A stretch of DNA of 64,000 nt from Obrimoposthia wandeli (GCA_977020255.1 CDROCS010006015.1:1-64000); one strand, 5' to 3'; positions 16,709-26,791 are shown, counted from the first letter of the stretch. Notes: generated by a model from the sequence alone, not told the origin. A program made the numbers and translations.

Positions 16709-19116
16709 ACTGTAATCCCCATAATGGAAAAATTAATGATGGCATCATCAGTCAAAATGAAACCCGGTAATGAGTAAACCTTAACTGTTATATGGTTAGT
16801 CTCTTGCGTATCAATAATTACATTATGTGGTGATAATAAAGTTATATTTGCAATATATAAATCATCCAAATATGGTTTCTTGAAATTAATCTGATAATGA
16901 CCAACATCCAACCTAACAATATCAAAAATATTTGCATCACCTACTTTTTTAGATTCGCTAGCCAATGTCAATCTACCAAGAGCGCTAACTTTACGCGAAT
17001 TTTCCGTCAAGCGTGGATCGATCCCTATTGGCATCGGATTGTATTGATTGGATTTGTATCTAAGGTCTATTGTATCTGTCAAATTCACAGCACCAGCCAT
17101 GCTTCTTGGAGACGCTGCCATACCATTCTTATCGGTAGCATAAATAACACTATGGACAATATTATGCCCTCCACTACCAGCCCCAAGGAAGACAACACCA
17201 CCTTCATTGCAAAAATATATATCAGTTTCAATTTTGCAATCTTTTACATTTTCAGCAATTACGATGCCTTGGTTTATTGTTCGCCAGCTAGCTCCGTTAG
17301 ATTTATAACCAGAAAAATATCGACCACGCTGAATTTGTACACCATCAACGCCAATATAAACTTGACCATTAAGCCCCCCTTCGCCAACACAATCATATAA
17401 ACGAGTCGAACCTCCATAGACTTCATATGGATATCTTAAGTAACCATAACAATGGCTATAGCTAATAATACATGCTCCAGCGCCAGTACCAGTCTTGATA
17501 CCAAATGCCGTGGGAGAGTAATCTGTGTCCCCCCAATTATCATCTCCTAATGCTATGACAATTGAATCTTTAATAAAACAGTCGGTCGGAGACTCTAAAA
17601 ACACCCCTCCCTGAAAACACTTGAATCCTTTCGTTTTAGTTATATAACTTTCTATATGTTCTGTCGCTTGGTTTAAATCAGTTGGCTCCGTTGATGTTGC
17701 ATAGATCCCTATATCACCATACTCACCATAATCTACATCATGGATTTTATAGTCATAACCCTTAACATAAATAGCTGACTGCGGAATTTTGTTACCGTCT
17801 GGCTTCGGTGACCAACCGCCTATAATAGTCATTTTTGTTATTTCAAAACGAGTAGTATTCCCCTCTATAACATCAAAAGAATTAGACTTAAACCCAATAG
17901 CAACAGTAGGGTGTTTAATTATTGTTCCTTCTTTAGACAGACCACGAATACTTGATAGCTCATAATAAACGACCGTTTTATCAAACAACCAGTCGCCTTC
18001 GTTGAGCATTACAGGGGCAGCTTTTAAGTCGATACAATATTGCACCGCGTCACTATCGTAATTAACCCCATCAACAAACGCACCAGCATCAACAGGCCAA
18101 ACACCATTTAACGCTATCGCGAACCAACCACAAGCCAAAGGAATACTGCGAGTTGTTTTATTAGCGATAATTCTAAATCTAGATACTCCTGTTTCTACGA
18201 CTTCACCCAGCCGCGATGTTTGCGATTTTATCATTTCAGGTATAGAGTTAAATTTTCGACGGGTCGTTTCAAACAATGACAATTTTCGACTGTCAACAAC
18301 CGAACCATCAACCAACACTTGAGCAATTTTACAGACAAAGTGATTAACACCTTGCTCGTTTGTGTAGTCGTCTTTTTCTTCTGCAGTAATAACGAAATCA
18401 AACAGCGTGACTTGCTCACCTGTTGGTGTCCCTTCGCGATGTGCGTCAATATAAATAAAAGATGGCTTGTTAGGTACCAGAACTGTGCGATCAAATTCGA
18501 GAACGACACGATTGCCCGACACATAACCGGCACCCGCTTTAATATTGAAAGCTGTTGATTGTGGAGTGACCTGAAAACCAGCTTCAATAAACCAATCTTT
18601 GCCGTTCTGGTCTATGTTCGCTTGGGCAGTATCGCTGTCCATCTTCTTCATACGTGGGTTAGCGTTGTACTGCCAGCTTGATGCGTCAACTGTGATATTG
18701 GTGATCGCGGCAATGTCTTTGTATTCCAACACCACCGAACGCACTAATGTGTTACCTGCAACACCCGGTTCATCGGAGGTCTTCGGTGTCAGAGCATGGT
18801 GGTCGATTGTGACTAACACGCCATATTCAGAACAGTAAGCACCCGTCCAGTTAAATTCAAATGGTCCATCGGCACTTGCTAACGTTGAGCTGTAAATAAC
18901 AGAATCAACAGACAAACGGCCGCGTTGTTCGACAGGTGCGTCATGCACAACATGACTTTCTGGTACGCCATCTTCAGGTTGCGGAAACTCAGGTCGATTA
19001 GGTACGTTGGCAAAAATCATCTTATCGATAATCAGTGGTTTTTCTTCTGCATTAAGCTGTGCCAAAAGTGCCTTACCTGCAGCGGTTAAAATCGACTTGT
19101 CAGTGGTATTTATCAT
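16705..19116 (-). CDS. Tail fibre/tailspike with a pectate-lyase-like beta-helix (putative depolymerase)
   Basis: Typical fibre N-terminus (SILTAAGKALLA), then DAGAFVDG.NYDSDAVQ...V.L..G.W beta-helix entry motif; AT-rich C-terminal part. Confidence 0.8.
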   Translation of the reverse strand: MINTTDKSILTAAGKALLAQLNAEEKPLIIDKMIFANVPNRPEFPQPEDGVPESHVVHDAPVEQRGRLSVDSVIYSSTLASADGPFEFNWTGAYCSEYGVLVTIDHHALTPKTSDEPGVAGNTLVRSVVLEYKDIAAITNITVDASSWQYNANPRMKKMDSDTAQANIDQNGKDWFIEAGFQVTPQSTAFNIKAGAGYVSGNRVVLEFDRTVLVPNKPSFIYIDAHREGTPTGEQVTLFDFVITAEEKDDYTNEQGVNHFVCKIAQVLVDGSVVDSRKLSLFETTRRKFNSIPEMIKSQTSRLGEVVETGVSRFRIIANKTTRSIPLACGWFAIALNGVWPVDAGAFVDGVNYDSDAVQYCIDLKAAPVMLNEGDWLFDKTVVYYELSSIRGLSKEGTIIKHPTVAIGFKSNSFDVIEGNTTRFEITKMTIIGGWSPKPDGNKIPQSAIYVKGYDYKIHDVDYGEYGDIGIYATSTEPTDLNQATEHIESYITKTKGFKCFQGGVFLESPTDCFIKDSIVIALGDDNWGDTDYSPTAFGIKTGTGAGACIISYSHCYGYLRYPYEVYGGSTRLYDCVGEGGLNGQVYIGVDGVQIQRGRYFSGYKSNGASWRTINQGIVIAENVKDCKIETDIYFCNEGGVVFLGAGSGGHNIVHSVIYATDKNGMAASPRSMAGAVNLTDTIDLRYKSNQYNPMPIGIDPRLTENSRKVSALGRLTLASESKKVGDANIFDIVRLDVGHYQINFKKPYLDDLYIANITLLSPHNVIIDTQETNHITVKVYSLPGFILTDDAIINFSIMGITV

Positions 19117-19128
19117 TCTTTAAAATCC

Positions 19129-19803
19129 TTAGCCTTTCGCTGTGGCTTGGTAGTATTCACAATCAACATTGAACATATTCGGTAACATGCTGACATTAAT
19201 TCTTGTTTTCACATGTGCCATTGCATATTCCGCTTTAACGTTTAATATTTTGGGTAACATGCTGACATTGATTCTTGTTTTTACATGCGATATTGAATAT
19301 TGCGCTTCAATCTTTTGGCTTTTCGCTGCCAATGGCATCGCAACATAACTGGTGTATTGGTAACGGCGACACGTGCGCCCATACTGGCGAACAACGGTGT
19401 CTAATAATTTAGGGACATGCGTTAAGTCCCCGTCCCTAATTTTTAGGCTGATAACATCCCAATCGATATCAGCTAGCCTTTCATCTTGGGCGATATGCGG
19501 ATAGCCGAGTTTGGCAAACATATCTTCCCAGCCTGAAACTGAACCAGCATCACGGGAAAAGCCGTAAGCATGCGCGACACGAATGCGAAACAATTCTTCT
19601 GGCTCTTGCCCTAGTTTTTCAACGCCACGTTGCCAGGCTAAAATATTCACCAATGCCATAGGGGCAACCAGTGGATCATGTTGCTGCAGCGGCATTTCAA
19701 ATGCGGCTTTCACATGTCCCCAGTAGTTATGCAATGCGCGAGCAAGTTTTGCTAACTCACCTCTGCCCATCCAATAACGCAGCTTTATCTCAGGTATTTT
19801 CAA
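19129..19803 (-). CDS. Tail protein gpI-like
   Basis: L..LAWQRG...EPEELFRIRV..AY motif; follows baseplate J. Confidence 0.8.
   Translation of the reverse strand: MKIPEIKLRYWMGRGELAKLARALHNYWGHVKAAFEMPLQQHDPLVAPMALVNILAWQRGVEKLGQEPEELFRIRVAHAYGFSRDAGSVSGWEDMFAKLGYPHIAQDERLADIDWDVISLKIRDGDLTHVPKLLDTVVRQYGRTCRRYQYTSYVAMPLAAKSQKIEAQYSISHVKTRINVSMLPKILNVKAEYAMAHVKTRINVSMLPNMFNVDCEYYQATAKG
19181..19287. repeat. 72-bp-period tandem repeat in the gpI-like C-terminus
   Basis: GGTAACATGCTGACATT(A/G)ATTCTTGTTTT(C/T)ACATG at 19181 and 19253; HVKTRINVSMLP occurs twice. Confidence 0.85.
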
Positions 19804-20977
19804 TAGAGACCCCCAACGTCTGAATGCGTGGTACCGTCAGGTTGTTGATGATATCTGTGTTATCAAAATCCAGTGATTCGATCTGCGAAAACTGACCATG
19901 TAGCTCTTTGCCAAGTTTGGAGAAACTAAAACGTAAAATAGGGTTAGTGACCGTTGGTTGATAATCCGCATTTTCACGGAATGCCGCTTCAATGAATTTT
20001 TCAACCGCGGCTTTTAACTGGGTTCGCTCATCGATGGTGAGAGAGCGAAGCGCCCACACATGACAAACAATGTCGTGCTGTGTTTCTGGCATAGCCATCA
20101 CCTGCAGATCGTCACCATGACCGTGCTGACCCTGTTCACGAATATGGGTATTCAAGTCAGTTAACATATCTTGTGATGGTTCACCGGTATCAAGCAGAAT
20201 ATAAGCATTTGCAGTACCGGGACCACGGGGCGCGTTATGCTCGAAATACACATTATCGTCATTAATACCCGCTCGACTGGTCAACAATGCACGATAAGCC
20301 GCATCAATGTGCCACTTGGCCACCGCGCTCCATTGGTTACGGATACGTAAGCGAAGCTCATCATTGCTTTCTTTATCGGCCCCCGCTTCATTCAACCACT
20401 CAGCCGGGTTAGTCGCTGCCGCTATACCCGCGATCGCCGTTGATAAAATATGGTAATAACCTTCGCCGAGGTTATAGGCAGCACCTTCGTGTTCAGCTTC
20501 CACTTCAACTGATACCAATGTTTCATTCTCTGGCAATGTGGTATCAGCAAGTACACGAACGCGGTAAATATTACCGTTAATAGCTTCAGTCTGGATCCAA
20601 GTATCTTTTGGAATGACTAATGCCGGCCCTTTCACTGCAGCACGTTGAAAAGCGACAAGCCCTTTGGCTTTAGTCGCGCTCTTACGGGTTAGTTTGCATT
20701 GCCAAGCCTGCATGTCTAACCATTCATCGGCTGCCGTTGCTACAAACATATTTGGCAGTACGTAACCCACCAATAACTGATTGATGAGCCAGAGCGTTGT
20801 TTTGATAACAGCCGCTTCAATCAGGCGCCAGAATGGGGAGAACAGCGAATCGTTAGAAATAATACATTCTTCCGCTTTCATTTCGTCTTTAAGCACTTTT
20901 TTCCAACTGGCCGCATCGGTAGGAATACCAGATTGCTTTACCAGTTCGGCGTAATCTGGTTTAGGAATATCAGACAT
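19790..20977 (-). CDS. Baseplate J-like protein
   Basis: KESNDELRLRIR and PRGPGTAN motifs; size and position. Confidence 0.9.
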   Translation of the reverse strand: MSDIPKPDYAELVKQSGIPTDAASWKKVLKDEMKAEECIISNDSLFSPFWRLIEAAVIKTTLWLINQLLVGYVLPNMFVATAADEWLDMQAWQCKLTRKSATKAKGLVAFQRAAVKGPALVIPKDTWIQTEAINGNIYRVRVLADTTLPENETLVSVEVEAEHEGAAYNLGEGYYHILSTAIAGIAAATNPAEWLNEAGADKESNDELRLRIRNQWSAVAKWHIDAAYRALLTSRAGINDDNVYFEHNAPRGPGTANAYILLDTGEPSQDMLTDLNTHIREQGQHGHGDDLQVMAMPETQHDIVCHVWALRSLTIDERTQLKAAVEKFIEAAFRENADYQPTVTNPILRFSFSKLGKELHGQFSQIESLDFDNTDIINNLTVPRIQTLGVSIENT

Positions 20978-21302
20978 TAACTAACTCCAATTCTAATTCA
21001 CCAAAGTCGATGGTTTTTGCAAAGATAAAAATCGTGCCCTCTTTGGGCTCATCCAGTTGTACCGTGCCTGGTATCAGACGAATATCTTCTTCAATTAACA
21101 GCTCTAACTTGGTGCGAATATCTGCTTTCTTTGACGGACTGCGTTCAGCAATCAATATCACTGCTAGCTGACTTTCTAAGATCGCATGTTTAATATCTTG
21201 CGCTATCACTGCACGGTCCTGGATCAAGACAGGGTTTCGACCGGCGTCTAGCACCACATCCCCGTTTTCAATTAAGATGTCCTGGTATTTAAACTTCGCC
21301 AT
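20970..21302 (-). CDS. Baseplate wedge protein (DUF2590/gpW-like)
   Basis: IAQDIKHAILES motif; lies between the tape measure and J. Confidence 0.75.
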   Translation of the reverse strand: MAKFKYQDILIENGDVVLDAGRNPVLIQDRAVIAQDIKHAILESQLAVILIAERSPSKKADIRTKLELLIEEDIRLIPGTVQLDEPKEGTIFIFAKTIDFGELELELVNV

Positions 21303-23191
21303 TAGCCTGCTGCCATTTCGAGTTCACTGGCCATATCCTGCGGACTGGTCATGTAAGTTGGGTAAATCGATACGCCGCCGTAGTCATTCGAACTACTTTG
21401 ATAGTTGGCGATATTCTTAGCCGCGCCACCTGGTTGGATCTGCGCTGAAGGTGTGGCCATTTGTACTGATTTAGATTTCAGTTCGATAGATTCATCATCG
21501 CTCCCCATACCCGGGATCCAATCTGTCAAACCTTTGATATTTTCCCAAATCGCTGCCAACTTGCTCGAGAACCAATTAAAGACACTGCCGAAAATGTTGC
21601 GCATGGAATCGGCCATCTCACCGATAAAGGCAAAGCCACTGGTATCGCTGAAGCCACTCATGACCCACTGCCACCCTGCTTTGACAAATTCAAACAGGGC
21701 TCTAAATGGCAGGGTAAGCAAGGTGATCGCGCCTTCTAACACTTGAAACCACGTTGTATCGCCAAAGGAGGCTTTTAAATCATCCCAGTAATAAATCAAT
21801 GCGCCCACAGCTGCGATGGCAATCATTACCGCACCAACCATTAAGATGATCGGGTTTGCTGCAATGACTAAATTCACTGCCAACATGGTCCCGCGCAGGG
21901 ATCTCATGGCGCTTGTGAATAATAAATTTATACCTGCCGCTATTTTCATCGTGAGCATGTAACCCGCCATGACTTGCTTGGCCACTCCCATGATTAACGT
22001 AAACGCGCCCATTGCAGCGACAATACCCAACACTGCAACACCAGCAAAGCCAATATATTTAGCCAAATTGGGGAACATGCGGGTCCATTCGATGATTTGT
22101 GTTGCACCATCGGCCATTGACCCAACAACGGGTAATATGGCAGGTAGCAATACTGAACCAAACGCGGCACTGATTGCGAAGACACCTTGTTCTAAGCGTT
22201 CCCATTGGTCGGTCATGGCACCTGCCATTTCCTCTGCCACATCGAGCCCTTTCACTTTGCCTAGTTCATCAATTGAACTGGCCAGTCCCTCGGTATTCTG
22301 CATTAACAGTTGGATCATCGAGGTTGCTTCTTGTGTACCAAATGCTTTGCTCAACTCAGCGGATTCAGCAACAGAAATAGTCTCTCCGTAACGACCTTTT
22401 AGTTGATTCAGAATATCAACCATTGGCAACATCTGGCCTTGTGCATTCGTAAATTGCATATTCAATGCTTCTTGTGCTTTCGCCGTACCAGCAAGGAACG
22501 CGCGGTATTTGGTACCCGCTTCACTGCCGCTCATTGTTGCCTGCAACGTACCAAGGATCGCCATTTGCTCAGTCATGCCAACACCGACTGATGTTGCCGA
22601 AGCGCCCACAGAAGTAAAAGCAGATGACATACCATCACCCGTTGTTTTAAACATCTGCACAGCTTTTGCAGTTTGACCACCCAGCATATTCACCCAATCA
22701 GCTTTACCCATTTGGTTTGCTGTGTTCTGAAAAATGCCGTACATGCTACCCACATAGTTGGTAATGGTTGACGTATCTGCTTTCGTCGCAGCCGCTAGCA
22801 CGCCCGATGCGCGCGTAAACTCTGACAGTTCATTACCGCTCAAGCCTGAAATAGCAGATTGAATATCATAGGATGCAGATACAAATTCTGAGGCCGATTT
22901 ACCATACTTGATTGAAAATTCAAGCGCGGTATCACTTAACTGCTTAAGCTGCTCATCAGCCACACCAAGCGATTTCACTTCACCCAGAGCACGGTCCATT
23001 TCAATGGCGGGCATCAACGCTTGTTGCAACGCAAACCCAGCACCAACCATACCCGCAGCACCTGTCATCATGCTTTGTGTACCTTGGTTATAGGTATTCG
23101 TCACGTCTCCCAGTGACCGTTGGATATTCGCCAACGGGCTTGAGATTTGGTCAATCAGTCCGACTTGAAATCTGAGTGCGTCTGGTAACAT
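21302..23191 (-). CDS. Tail tape measure protein
   Basis: 629 aa, Ala/Gly-rich helical; SGSEAGTKYRAFL motif. Confidence 0.9.
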   Translation of the reverse strand: MLPDALRFQVGLIDQISSPLANIQRSLGDVTNTYNQGTQSMMTGAAGMVGAGFALQQALMPAIEMDRALGEVKSLGVADEQLKQLSDTALEFSIKYGKSASEFVSASYDIQSAISGLSGNELSEFTRASGVLAAATKADTSTITNYVGSMYGIFQNTANQMGKADWVNMLGGQTAKAVQMFKTTGDGMSSAFTSVGASATSVGVGMTEQMAILGTLQATMSGSEAGTKYRAFLAGTAKAQEALNMQFTNAQGQMLPMVDILNQLKGRYGETISVAESAELSKAFGTQEATSMIQLLMQNTEGLASSIDELGKVKGLDVAEEMAGAMTDQWERLEQGVFAISAAFGSVLLPAILPVVGSMADGATQIIEWTRMFPNLAKYIGFAGVAVLGIVAAMGAFTLIMGVAKQVMAGYMLTMKIAAGINLLFTSAMRSLRGTMLAVNLVIAANPIILMVGAVMIAIAAVGALIYYWDDLKASFGDTTWFQVLEGAITLLTLPFRALFEFVKAGWQWVMSGFSDTSGFAFIGEMADSMRNIFGSVFNWFSSKLAAIWENIKGLTDWIPGMGSDDESIELKSKSVQMATPSAQIQPGGAAKNIANYQSSSNDYGGVSIYPTYMTSPQDMASELEMAAG

Positions 23192-23217
23192 CGATGATCC
23201 TCTATTTGCTAAAAGGC

Positions 23218-23406
23218 TTATCCGCTAAAGGCTTTTGCTACACCGTTAGCAGTAACGGCTTGCATATTTTCCCAGTGGTTTTTCTCTAACCAAATCGCGT
23301 AAGCAAAGCTTTGTTCAGTATCCGCTTCATTTGGTAGCCACTTTCGCCGCCACGCGTGCATTTTTTGCCTGTCACTGTTTTCAATCGCAGTGACAAGCGC
23401 ATCTAT
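23218..23406 (-). CDS. -1 frameshift extension of the tail assembly chaperone (gpE'/GT-like)
   Basis: Slippery A AAA AAA at 23406-23412 before the chaperone stop; the -1 frame stays open for 62 codons (IDALVTAIENSDRQK...). Confidence 0.75.
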   Translation of the reverse strand: MDALVTAIENSDRQKMHAWRRKWLPNEADTEQSFAYAIWLEKNHWENMQAVTANGVAKAFSG

Positions 23407-23666
23407 TTTTTTACAGAGATAGTCAGTTTTGGTGCGTATTCTTTAATAACGTGACCATAAATCTGCGTGGCTGCACCGGCATTACTTTTCGTGATTTCAC
23501 GCAGTGCAGCTTTTGATTCGGCGGTGACAGTGCTCATTATAAAATTATGCGCGGCGCTGCTGGCATCACCTTGTAAAATGGTGTTCTGCGCTTCATCGTA
23601 ATCAGCTGCCGATGGGTTGAAAGCAATCTCGGTATCGCCCACAGTTAAGATAATGTTCTTACTCAT
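23403..23666 (-). CDS. Tail assembly chaperone
   Basis: Position before the tape measure with a slippery site at its end. Confidence 0.8.
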   Translation of the reverse strand: MSKNIILTVGDTEIAFNPSAADYDEAQNTILQGDASSAAHNFIMSTVTAESKAALREITKSNAGAATQIYGHVIKEYAPKLTISVKK

Positions 23667-23937
23667 GATTTATTCCTTTTGTATTTTCGTGTCTAGCACG
23701 CCATGTTAAATAATCGGTTGTTTGTTCTGCACACTGACTAAGTGCTGCTTTTAATTTCGGTACGTCTTCACTGGCCGTCACGTTCGGGTTAGTGCCTATC
23801 ACATCGGGTTTAAAACAGGGCACGATTAACCCCGCAGGTGGCAGTTTAATGATCACCTGGTTGGCGACGGTCTCAGTACGGTTCGCGCAACCGTTCAGCA
23901 ACATCACTAGGCCAAGGGCGCTGATAACATTCATCAT
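23659..23937 (-). CDS. Outer-membrane spanin (Rz1-like lipoprotein)
   Basis: Lipobox LLNGC; Pro-rich; overlaps the 3' end of the i-spanin in another frame. Confidence 0.75.
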   Translation of the reverse strand: MMNVISALGLVMLLNGCANRTETVANQVIIKLPPAGLIVPCFKPDVIGTNPNVTASEDVPKLKAALSQCAEQTTDYLTWRARHENTKGINHE

Positions 23938-24229
23938 TGGCCAATGCGTTTTTAAGCGTGGTAATGTCTGCATGTAATTTCCCCTCTGCTTGATTTTGCG
24001 ATTTTTTGCGTTTAACCAATAGCGTGTTGATGTTGCTGTTTTCATCTTGCAATGTATTAATGGTGACAAGGTTTATTGCGTTATCTGCACTGGCTTTTTC
24101 TAACTTAGCGCTGAGTTCATTTTCTTTGGCTTCACTGGCTTGCAGTGCTAACCACATCATCGCGATAATTATCAGCAATAACGCAAGACCAATCGCTTTA
24201 ATCCATTTCCATGCAGCGATCATATTCAA
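23873..24229 (-). CDS. Inner-membrane spanin (Rz-like)
   Basis: N-terminal TM, coiled coil, C-terminal C...PWP; follows the endolysin. Confidence 0.75.
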   Translation of the reverse strand: MNMIAAWKWIKAIGLALLLIIIAMMWLALQASEAKENELSAKLEKASADNAINLVTINTLQDENSNINTLLVKRKKSQNQAEGKLHADITTLKNALANDECYQRPWPSDVAERLREPY

Positions 24230-24788
24230 GTCCTCGCCTGTTCACTAAGCCTTTCAACTTTTTCCCACCGCCATATACCCATTTGGGCAGTTCCTTGCAG
24301 GCTTTTTCGTAGCGACTTTGTTTGATATAGGTAAATATGCGCGTCGCACTGCCATCGGGATTACGCATAAAGCGAGTGCAACCGGTGTTAAAACTAAATG
24401 ACGTAAAGGCATCAAACTGGCCTTGTGTCATCGGCCTATCGGTACCTTGCTCCACACGCGTAATACATTGCTCAGCATGTTGCAGGTTATTCACCCAATC
24501 TTTAGCAACTTGCTCAAGCGTCACCACTTGTCCGGGTACGTTATGCGTATTACCAATACCGTTGGTGATTAACCCTGCTGGACAGGCATATGGATTTAAC
24601 CGACAGCCTTCAGCATTACCCGTAATAGCCAACGCTTTTGGGCTGATCCGTAACACACCAAGATGTTGATTTTCGATAACCACTTGTCCAACAGATTTTG
24701 TCGGTGCTGGTTGGTAAACTGTCGCACCACCTGTTATCAAACCGATAACAGCCACGACTGAACAAATAATTTTATTAGCTAATTTCAT
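24198..24788 (-). CDS. GH24 lysozyme endolysin with a SAR-like N-terminus
   Basis: EGCRLNPY.CPAG..T.GIG triad; QGQFDAFTSF.FN.G; GL..RR..E. Confidence 0.9.
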   Translation of the reverse strand: MKLANKIICSVVAVIGLITGGATVYQPAPTKSVGQVVIENQHLGVLRISPKALAITGNAEGCRLNPYACPAGLITNGIGNTHNVPGQVVTLEQVAKDWVNNLQHAEQCITRVEQGTDRPMTQGQFDAFTSFSFNTGCTRFMRNPDGSATRIFTYIKQSRYEKACKELPKWVYGGGKKLKGLVNRRGLEYDRCMEMD

Positions 24789-24993
24789 TGATAAATACGC
24801 CTTTTTCTTTCGCTATTTTTTGCAAAACACGTTTGTGCCATACATTTGCCAATAGCGCACCTACACCAATTAAAATTGAGGTAAGGAAATACCATTGCTC
24901 TAATGTTAACGAACTAACCAATACCCCTGTTGCTGACATTGAATAGGCAACGTAACTGGTGAGTTTGTCGAACCAATCTTGCATCTCAGTCAC
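24775..24993 (-). CDS. Holin (HP1-like)
   Basis: Small TM protein with a basic C-terminus directly before the endolysin. Confidence 0.8.
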   Translation of the reverse strand: MTEMQDWFDKLTSYVAYSMSATGVLVSSLTLEQWYFLTSILIGVGALLANVWHKRVLQKIAKEKGVFINEIS

Positions 24994-25199
24994 TCCTTTT
25001 GTGCTTGGCAGGGTGTGCAGTATTGACAGCCTGGTATGTGTTGGCGCCGCCCTTCTGGGATAGAATCACCACATTCGCCGCATTCAAATGCACTTTCTCG
25101 TAATTCAGTTTTTCGAGACTTTGCGAGTTGGTTAGCCAGCGCCACTTCGGTGAACTGGGCTTCAATGCAACTGGCCTGATCAAATACATCTGTCATCAT
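24990..25199 (-). CDS. TraR/DksA C4 zinc-finger protein
   Basis: CGECGDSIPEGRR...GCQYCTPCQ. Confidence 0.9.
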   Translation of the reverse strand: MMTDVFDQASCIEAQFTEVALANQLAKSRKTELRESAFECGECGDSIPEGRRQHIPGCQYCTPCQAQKE

Positions 25200-25207
25200 G
25201 CCCCCTG

Positions 25208-25663
25208 TTATTGAACCAAACCTTCGGTTTCATCTGGGCGCAGATATGGCACGCCGTTAATGCTAACGAAATCTGGGCTTGTGACTTCAAATGGCAGTTT
25301 GTGAACTAAGGCGCTGCCACCATTCGCATCCAGATCAAGTAAGTCAGATATTTTGATACGACAACCAAAGGCTTCCACTTTTAGTTCATCTTTATCAATC
25401 TTACCGTAGAACAAGGCATCAAAGTCAGGTAAGCCACGCCAAGAGCCGGCTTGTTTTGCTGCCTTACTGAGTTGGGTAAATTGAGCGGTGGTCAACTCCA
25501 TTTCGCCACTGGCTTCAACGTCACCATCCACCCAACCGTCCGGCACACCAGATGTTTTATTCACCGCTGAATTGTCGGTAATCGAGAGGGTTACTTTTTG
25601 GGATTTAAGCTTGTAATCACCCAATGAAAAGTGCATGTTCTTGCCAGAAATACGCATACTCAT
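25208..25663 (-). CDS. Tail tube protein (DUF2597-like)
   Basis: RISGKN..., GVPDGWVDGDVEASGE and SPDFV.INGVPYL motifs. Confidence 0.8.
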   Translation of the reverse strand: MSMRISGKNMHFSLGDYKLKSQKVTLSITDNSAVNKTSGVPDGWVDGDVEASGEMELTTAQFTQLSKAAKQAGSWRGLPDFDALFYGKIDKDELKVEAFGCRIKISDLLDLDANGGSALVHKLPFEVTSPDFVSINGVPYLRPDETEGLVQ

Positions 25664-25666
25664 AAA

Positions 25667-26788
25667 TTACGCCTCCAAATCAGCGGGGTTAGAAAGATCA
25701 AGCGCGATGTTGACCACGATGTGTTTTGGGCAATTGTGAGGGCGGATCATTAGCCCAATCATTACCTTGGTTTTACTCATCCACTGAATGGTTACGTCTT
25801 CATCGCGTGGTGGCATGATTTCACCAGGGAAAGTAATACCACCAATCTCTGTGGTTTTAGACATATCACGCATGTCTTTGCGAAAATAAGCACGGTTCAG
25901 CTCAATGCTTGGTGGCGTGGAATTTAAAATTCGGTCAGCGACTCGACGAATCGATTTGATACGTACTTTGCGGTTAAGTTTGTGAACCGGTCGTACATAT
26001 TCTAAGAACTGATAATCACCGCCTTTGGCTTCCAGCGTGGTGGCATCTGTCCAGTAAATACCTTCTAAGTCGGCATACCACTGTGGCAGTGAATAACGGG
26101 CGTTTGCCAGTACTGCGACAGTGCTCATTTCCAGTGGTGCGTCTGCGCTGTCCAATGGCATTTCACCCAGTCCAAGCAAGTTACCCGTAGCAACACGCAT
26201 CGGGCTGTCTGCAACGGTGACCACGCGATCACATAAACGACCACCCAATACACCCACATTATTACCGTTAAGCTGTGGTACTGGCGTCACCAAGTTAGCA
26301 GCAACATCTTTCACCAGTGCCAACATCGCAGTTTCGTAGTCGGCCCACGTTTGCGATGCTTTATCAATGCCCGGACAAGCCGCAAGAAAGAATACCCAGC
26401 GACCCAATTTACTCGTTAGTTCGGTCGCTTTCGCTTGCATTGCATCAAATTCAGCTTTATCCGTGACAACATCACAAATACAGATACCTTCAAACGAGTC
26501 ACTGCGGTTGGCAATGTCGACAGCGGCTTGCCATGTATCATCTGCGGCCAAGCCAAAGATTGCGCCCGTCCAGTTTTGTTTACCATTAAGCTGCGCTGCG
26601 TTGACGTTTGCGCCTAAGGCATCGTCAGCCAACACATCATCAAGATTACTCATGTTGTTAACGCGCGTGACTTTGCCTTGTAGTTCAGCTTTATCAGTGC
26701 GTCCGATGTAGAGTAAATGGCGTTCAATTTCTGGAATGCCACCTTGCCCTAAATTGAGGTTATTTACCTCTACCTTTCCGGTTGCCAT
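25667..26788 (-). CDS. Tail sheath protein (DUF2586-like)
   Basis: V.VNNLNLGQG...EIERH.LYIG start; 373 aa; precedes the tube gene. Confidence 0.8.
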   Translation of the reverse strand: MATGKVEVNNLNLGQGGIPEIERHLLYIGRTDKAELQGKVTRVNNMSNLDDVLADDALGANVNAAQLNGKQNWTGAIFGLAADDTWQAAVDIANRSDSFEGICICDVVTDKAEFDAMQAKATELTSKLGRWVFFLAACPGIDKASQTWADYETAMLALVKDVAANLVTPVPQLNGNNVGVLGGRLCDRVVTVADSPMRVATGNLLGLGEMPLDSADAPLEMSTVAVLANARYSLPQWYADLEGIYWTDATTLEAKGGDYQFLEYVRPVHKLNRKVRIKSIRRVADRILNSTPPSIELNRAYFRKDMRDMSKTTEIGGITFPGEIMPPRDEDVTIQWMSKTKVMIGLMIRPHNCPKHIVVNIALDLSNPADLEA

Positions 26789-26791
26789 TTG

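Noticed and set aside
16897-18838. Plus-strand ORFs antisense to the tail fibre
   Set aside because: Shadow ORFs of a real gene; no RBS or recognisable motifs.
21405-23093. Several 60-140 aa antisense ORFs in the tape measure gene
   Set aside because: Codon-bias shadows of an Ala/Gly-rich gene.
24990-25199. TraR/DksA gene in the lysis region as novel
   Set aside because: Common in P2/HP1-like phages.
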